From contig OZ076409.1 in NCBI GenBank assembly GCA_964187785.1, forward strand, positions 13,332,001-13,396,000: a DNA stretch of 64,000 bases. The letters run 5' to 3'. The number at the start of each line of letters is the position of its first letter. Within the stretch, counting starts at the first letter, position 1. Shown here in pieces: positions 58,601-64,000 of this stretch. This stretch comes from Amphiscolops sp. MND2022. Its lineage: Eukaryota. The translations under genes and the position numbers were made by a program. The notes beneath the pieces were generated by a model, which saw only the letters and a program-made list of their open reading frames with translations, was not told the origin of the DNA and did no database searches.

Positions 58601-61600
58601 GAGTGCGTGATCAAATGCACAGTGCAGGTGGTATCGAACATGCCCGGCTGGAAGGCGAGCTACTTCGAAGTGCAGGGCACCAGCGACCTCATCATCACCA
58701 TCTCCGCTTTCGTCTATTTCCTCATCATTTACCCCGTCTACAACTTCATAGACGTACGTTAGACGACACAACCACCCTTCTCTTCTCTCATCATGCATTT
58801 TCTACCAATTAGCGCAGCACCGCACATCAAGTCTGGCCGTGTATCCGGTCGGATTTCACAAAAATGTTCGCTCCGGTATCCAGTCGGACTTTGGACCGAA
58901 TCCACCGGGCAGATATCTGGGCAAATGATCGCATATCTGAGATGAAAACTGTCTGGAACGGCCAAAATTTCAATTTTTTGTGAAAGTTTCCTATGTGCTG
59001 TTGAAAAAATGGAATAATTTTCTCATTATTAGTCGGCGCTTTTCGTAGAAAACGCAGACTATAGCAGTGACTTTTCTTTTTTTTTTGAAGACCAACGAAG
59101 TGACAGATTTCATAAGCTTTATAAGCTACGTCCACTTACTGCCACACTTGTAACTTCTACTGCCACGGCATAGAGGTTAACTAGGATAGTTTTTGATGTC
59201 TGCCAAGCAGAAGGACGTGGGTTCAAATCTCACCCTTGACCAAATTTTTTTTGTGCATGTAATTCCGGCTTTGTGAGACTTTTTTTCGCAAATTTTTTTA
59301 ATGTCTCCAAAGGGTCCTCCCTTCAATTTTTTTGATATTTTGCTACAGAATGAACGTTCAAAAAACCCCAAAGGGTCCCCCCTTTTACATTTTTCGGCAC
59401 TATGCGACTTACCGGAGACTTCAAAAACATTCGGTAAAATTTGTTCTCATTTTTTTTCATTATTTCGACATAGCGCGACTTTTTAGACAAAAAATTTTCC
59501 GCAAAGGTTCCGCCTTCATTTTTTCGGAGTTTTGCGGCAGAATGGATGTTGAAAAATACCGAAAGGTCCCCCTTTCAGTTTTTTTCGGAATTGTGAGACT
59601 TTATTCAATTTTTTTTCACCAAAGGGTTCCTTCAATTTTTTTGATGATTTGCGACAGAAGGGATGAAAAATGTCAAAGCGTTCCCCTGGCGCGCCAATCC
59701 GGTCCAACTTTTGGGTTTTTGGTGTGCTTTAGGAGACACTTTGACACTTTGAAGTCCTTTTGCTATTTTTGAGCCTTAGATATGGCGTCGACTTGGGCCG
59801 TTCCCGGCTTGTTTTGGAATAAACTTTCACCTTTTCATTTTGCTCCTTGTCCATTTCCAGTCTTTTAACAATTGGCAAAAGATACAGCTGTGACCTTCTT
59901 TCCTCTATGCAGACTTAAAAGGTGGAAATAGTTGATCTCGATTCTTTCACTACTAACCTTGGAGCTTTAAAATTTCCATCTCTTTACTATTAATTAATTA
60001 TTTATTATCATTCAACCGTGAAAATACTCTTCACATTTCCGGTTTGTTTCTTGAAGTTGAACAGTCCAAGTTCTTCTATCGAGTTTTTTGTGAGTTTGTA
60101 ACATTGGATGGAGTTGAAAGATTTAGAACGTGGGACAAAAAAGTAGTATTAAGTTTAATTTTTCACTTATTTTGTTCACCCCTTTCCCCACTTGAAAGAG
60201 CATTCAACTGGACACTACACGCTTTTTAATTTTAAAGGACACGGTTTGCTAGAAAACGGCCTCAAGTTTGAAAATCATTTGATTGAAAGCCAGTTTCGAA
60301 TTGAAGATTTTTGTGGAAAATATATGAATTTAGGGCAATGTTTTTAAAAATCACGTCGCAAGTAGTAGAAAAAAGCTGCACAGAAAATTGAACAAACTTC
60401 CAGATTTGGATTCCATAATTTTTACGCAGAATTTATCGAATGCTTGTTGTGTTCGGTCTATGAATGATTATTTTGGAATAACGATCGGTGAGAATATCAA
60501 ACTTTATTCAAGAATATTTGAAGAAAGTAGTTGAGGACACCGATCCTCAATTTCGCAGAAATTGTTATGAAAGAAAATGCTTTTAGAAATAGCGCAAGAT
60601 GTTTTTCAAGCAATTTTGAACCTTCAGCGAGATGTCGACTTATGAAGTTCCCGACTTCTTCAGTTTTTGCTTCACTACTCTAATCCCTATACTCAGAATT
60701 TGTCTGGCAACTCGATGCTTTGCAGGGTTCGCCAAACTACTACGAAGCTCGCCAAGCTAAAATGCCATCTAACGATGTCCGACGATTTTTTGGATTCTGG
60801 CTGAACTACTTTCACAACATGCAAGTCGATTTCTCAGAAATGGCTCTCATGCTGGCTATCAGTTTCTTCGAAGGTTGCCGGGTTCTCAATGTAACATTTT
60901 ACGACGAAAACTCCAGGATATCAGAGACTATTCTACGATCAGGTAAATATGCATCGTCTCCGTCATGCCATTTACAGGTGTCAGGACATTTCACTCTGCA
61001 ATTTCAACCTCAGCAATTTCAACCTATTTCATTTTCAACCTTCCGCAATTTCGACCTATACTAATTTCCGCTAATGAATCCTAATTAGTTTATAATATTT
61101 TCAAGTGGTTTTCATTTTCATCCATTTCTGACGTCAAGTGTGCCAATTTTACGCAAAATTTGGCCTCTTTATGAATAATTACCATTGATTAACGCTGTTT
61201 GATTCATTACTTACTATTGTACTGAAATGATAACTAGTAGGACTAATTAGCCAAAATTGTTTAGGTCGAAATTGCGGAAGGTTGAAATGCAATAGGTTGA
61301 AATTATGAGCGGTTACAACGTCAACGGTTGAACTTGAATTGGTTGAATTTACATAGGACGAAATGTCATGTAACCGTAATTACTGGGCCTTCTTCGTTTT
61401 GAATTGTTCCCGATGTCCTTGTAAAGTATGCTCTACAAAGTTGTAATTAATTCTATTGAATTTCATGTTGAAGTTGCATGCTAAAGTACCAGAGGATTGA
61501 AGCACGTCCAACAGTGGAGTGCTGCAACCCTTGGCTGTTTTTCAGCTCTTCGCAATTACAGCACAAACAGAATGCTGGCTAATGAGTCGATCAAAGCCAC

Positions 61601-62015
61601 AGATCGATGGGCCATGCTCAACAGAAATCTGGACTCCATCTTCGGCGGAATTTTTGACAGCGGCAAAATGTTTTTCTCCGAGATAGGCAGCAAACTGTTG
61701 CAACCAGGCAGTCTGGATATTCTCTCTCTGAACATGGTCAAACAGCAAGACTCGTTGCAGTCAGGCGGCTTCAAACTGCCGTCGTCGCATCAGAACACGG
61801 CTGGTGTTGTGGCGGCTTCGTTTGAAGAGAAATTTCTATCCGGGGATCTGGCCCCGCGTCGAGGTTCTAACGAGAACGAACGAGAAGAAATAGAAAGCAA
61901 CGACAGAGGGGGTCCCGAGGCGACTCGTCAAATGTCGACATCGCCAAATTCTTCGCCTCATGGAAGTGGAAGCAATTACTCGACATCGCCGGAAGAGATG
62001 GGATTGTCTGACTGA
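55654..62015 (+). CDS. Divergent nuclear-receptor ligand-binding-domain-like gene; exons ~55654-56000, 58597-58753, ~60697/60726-60942, ~61495-62015
   Basis: VIKCTVQVVSNMPGW resembles LBD helix 3-4 and YFHNMQVDFSEMALMLAISFF resembles helix 7-8. Exon 1/2 phases match (AG|GTGAGT ... CTAG|G). The exon 3 and 4 acceptors are uncertain. Confidence 0.6.
56546..58138 (+). mobile_element. Tc1-family DNA transposon (1,593 bp)
   Basis: TA TSDs at 56544-56545 and 58139-58140; TIRs CAGTGCCTCACGAAATTGTAACAATA / TATTGTTACAATTTTGTGAGGCACTG. Confidence 0.93.
56852..57863 (+). pseudogene. Tc1 DD34E transposase, disrupted
   Basis: GRP HTH linker, VIWSD, KHGGGSLMFWGC, FQQDNDPKH and WPPQSPDMNPIEHLW (34 residues between D and E). 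Stop at 56908 and frameshifts near 57060 and 57290. Confidence 0.9.
59026..59813 (+). mobile_element. HINE-like element, long variant containing a tRNA-like segment (~59165-59240)
   Basis: TTATTAGTCGGCGCTTTTCGTAGAAAACGCAGACT start; GATATGGCGTCGACTTGGGCCGTTCCCGGCTTGTT end. Confidence 0.8.
60977..61375. mobile_element. Foldback MITE with long inverted arms
   Basis: Ends GGTGTCAGGACATTTC / GAAATGTCATGTAACC; internal arms TTTCAACCTTCCGCAATTTCGACCTA / TAGGTCGAAATTGCGGAAGGTTGAAA. TSD not clear. Confidence 0.75.
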
Positions 62016-62698
62016 AATGAAGTTCTCAGTATCGCCAATACTTCTTATTCTTGTCTGTTTTTAGCCAATCAGCAGTCTGTGACTAGTGTTTTAAGTATGC
62101 ACTTGCAATTCGAGCTCTCACCAGTGAATAAGGTTTTGCCAAAAAGCTTATCGCTTGTTTCGCTTGTGACTGACTTCTTAAACGGCGCTTTTTAGAAGCA
62201 AACTTTGTTCGGCGAATTAAAATTTTTAAAGCTGTCATTTCTCTGCATTTCGAACTTTTGGAAATTTCGATTGTTTACTTTCTTCTCAACAAACTACCAC
62301 CACAAGAGACGAACCTTTCAACTGTACTGGTATCGGGTGAAACGCCCGGTGCAAGAAACTTGCCGCTGTAAGAGTTGGGCACTTTTTGAAAACCAAAATG
62401 GGAAAGTTTTTAGACCAATCAGAGAAGCGCAAATTTCAGTGGGCGCTTATTCGGATATTACATCGTTTTCGCTTCTTTTGAACATTCACGTACATGCGAC
62501 CTAGTTCACTGGTTCTCACTGTCCTAAAGTTTTTGGAAGGCCTCAAAAAGTTGAATTAGATATTTCAACAGCTGATCAGTTCGTTTCAAAACGCTGACTC
62601 CGATTACATGATCTATGTCTGATTTTGGGCCACTAAAGTTCACTAGGAAATTGTATCGATGGTCACAGAGCTCTATGGCGATAATCATTGATTAGTCT

Positions 62699-63108
62699 CA
62701 GTGTATTGCTCAAGAATTATACGGAACCCATAATTTTCTATACGAGTTACATGTTATACGAAGATGCCATTATCATACGAGTTATACGGAGAATAGTTTT
62801 TCAGTCTTTTTGCGTCTATTTTCCCGTGACGAGCTGAGGAAGTTTTTGGAAATTATGAAAATCTTGTGATGAATTTCAAATGCAGTGGATCCTAAAATGG
62901 TGATAGGCAATGTGAGATTTGGAACGGGGGCTATTGCATTCCTCTTTTTTGAAGCAATGAACACTTTCCGATATAAAAATGATCCAAAAATTGTGCTTCA
63001 TGCCTTCATATGATATAAGAGAGCCAATTATACGAATATACGATATACGAAACGTTCGATTATACGATTACACGTTATAAGAGGAACTCTGTATACGACA
63101 ATACACTG
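62699..63108. mobile_element. hAT-type MITE (410 bp)
   Basis: 8-bp TSD ATTAGTCT at 62691-62698 and 63109-63116; TIR CAGTGTATTG / CAATACACTG; subterminal TATACG repeats. Confidence 0.88.
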
Positions 63109-64000
63109 ATTAGTCTATCGATGTTTGGCTTGCATATCATAAAAATGTTTACTGTGGCATATTGTTCAACATATTCACGAAGCATATAACTAGAGAATAA
63201 TTTTCTAAATCTGCTGCACTTCAAAGCTTGATAAGTTGAAATTTGGAATGGTTTTATTCCGAAACCCTCTCATCATAGATTATTTATTAGAAATTGATGA
63301 CTGATTGAAAATGAGTTTTAAGGTTTGATATAAAATCCGGTACATTTGCTGTTTAATCAAGTGACGGTAATGTTTAATCCCTTCAATCAATGTTTGATGT
63401 GTGTAATAACCAATTAAATATATATTGAGTATATTTATTCAGTAGAGTATAGTTTTATGTCAAATTTTGAAGTTATAGTATTTTTTCTGACCTGTGGTCA
63501 ATTGTGTGAATTCAGCTTTGCAAAAAAGTCTCAGTTTTTCAAGATAACAATTGTAGCGTAGCCATCAAAACGTAAAATGATTTTTTGAAGAATACATGTT
63601 TTTTCGCCTATCAGGAACTTCTAGTTTATGTATTTTATCTCTGTTCCCTGAAGCTTGAAATATCTGGCTCGGAATGTGCTCAAATCCACCGGAAAACCGA
63701 CCGATTTGGTCTCGAACCCCGCTCTGGGCCGTAAATTTCCGTGTTTTCAACTGAATTATACAAATTATTTAAACGTTTATCTAACGTTTACGAAGTGAGG
63801 TGCGCTTTCTTTCCACTTTAGTTGTTTTTTTTAGGTTCAATTTTTTTGCATGGTTTTTGTTAGGAGTCGGAAAAAAGTTTCGACTACTTATGCAATCGTG
63901 TAGTTTTTTTTCTCCCGACCTTCTCATGAAAATTTCAAATTTCTCAAAAACTGTCCATACGATTTTTCATAAAATTTTGCACAGCCATTCTACACCCAAA

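Overview
This is AT-rich eukaryotic (probably invertebrate) genomic DNA with spliceosomal introns, dominated by mobile elements. From 1.9 to 12.6 kb there is a tandem array of ~2 kb composite units (5' half of a PHD-finger/RT/RLE CRE-like retrotransposon + Helentron-type non-autonomous element + LINE fragment), including a recent 4,075-bp higher-order duplication. From 15.0 to 38.7 kb there is a triplicated ~8 kb block of degenerate LINEs and MITEs that also carries exon 1 of a host gene. That exon encodes a NERD-like PD-(D/E)XK nuclease. It splices phase-compatibly to exons at 47138-47394 and 48457-50669, giving a ~1,055-aa nuclease + SF1 (Schlafen/DUF2075-like) helicase with a C-terminal hydrophobic tail; every exon-1 copy carries an in-frame TGA. 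Downstream on the same strand are a 3-exon F-box/LRR gene (frameshift in the F-box) starting 42 bp after the helicase stop, and a nuclear-receptor ligand-binding-domain-like gene with no visible DNA-binding domain. Also present are a Tc1 (DD34E) element, a hAT element and hAT MITE with 8-bp TSDs, Mutator-like MITEs with 9-bp TSDs that share one GC-rich core behind different termini, about 13 HINE copies and two tRNA-like Pol III cassettes. All domain calls come from motif recognition by eye; no searches were run.
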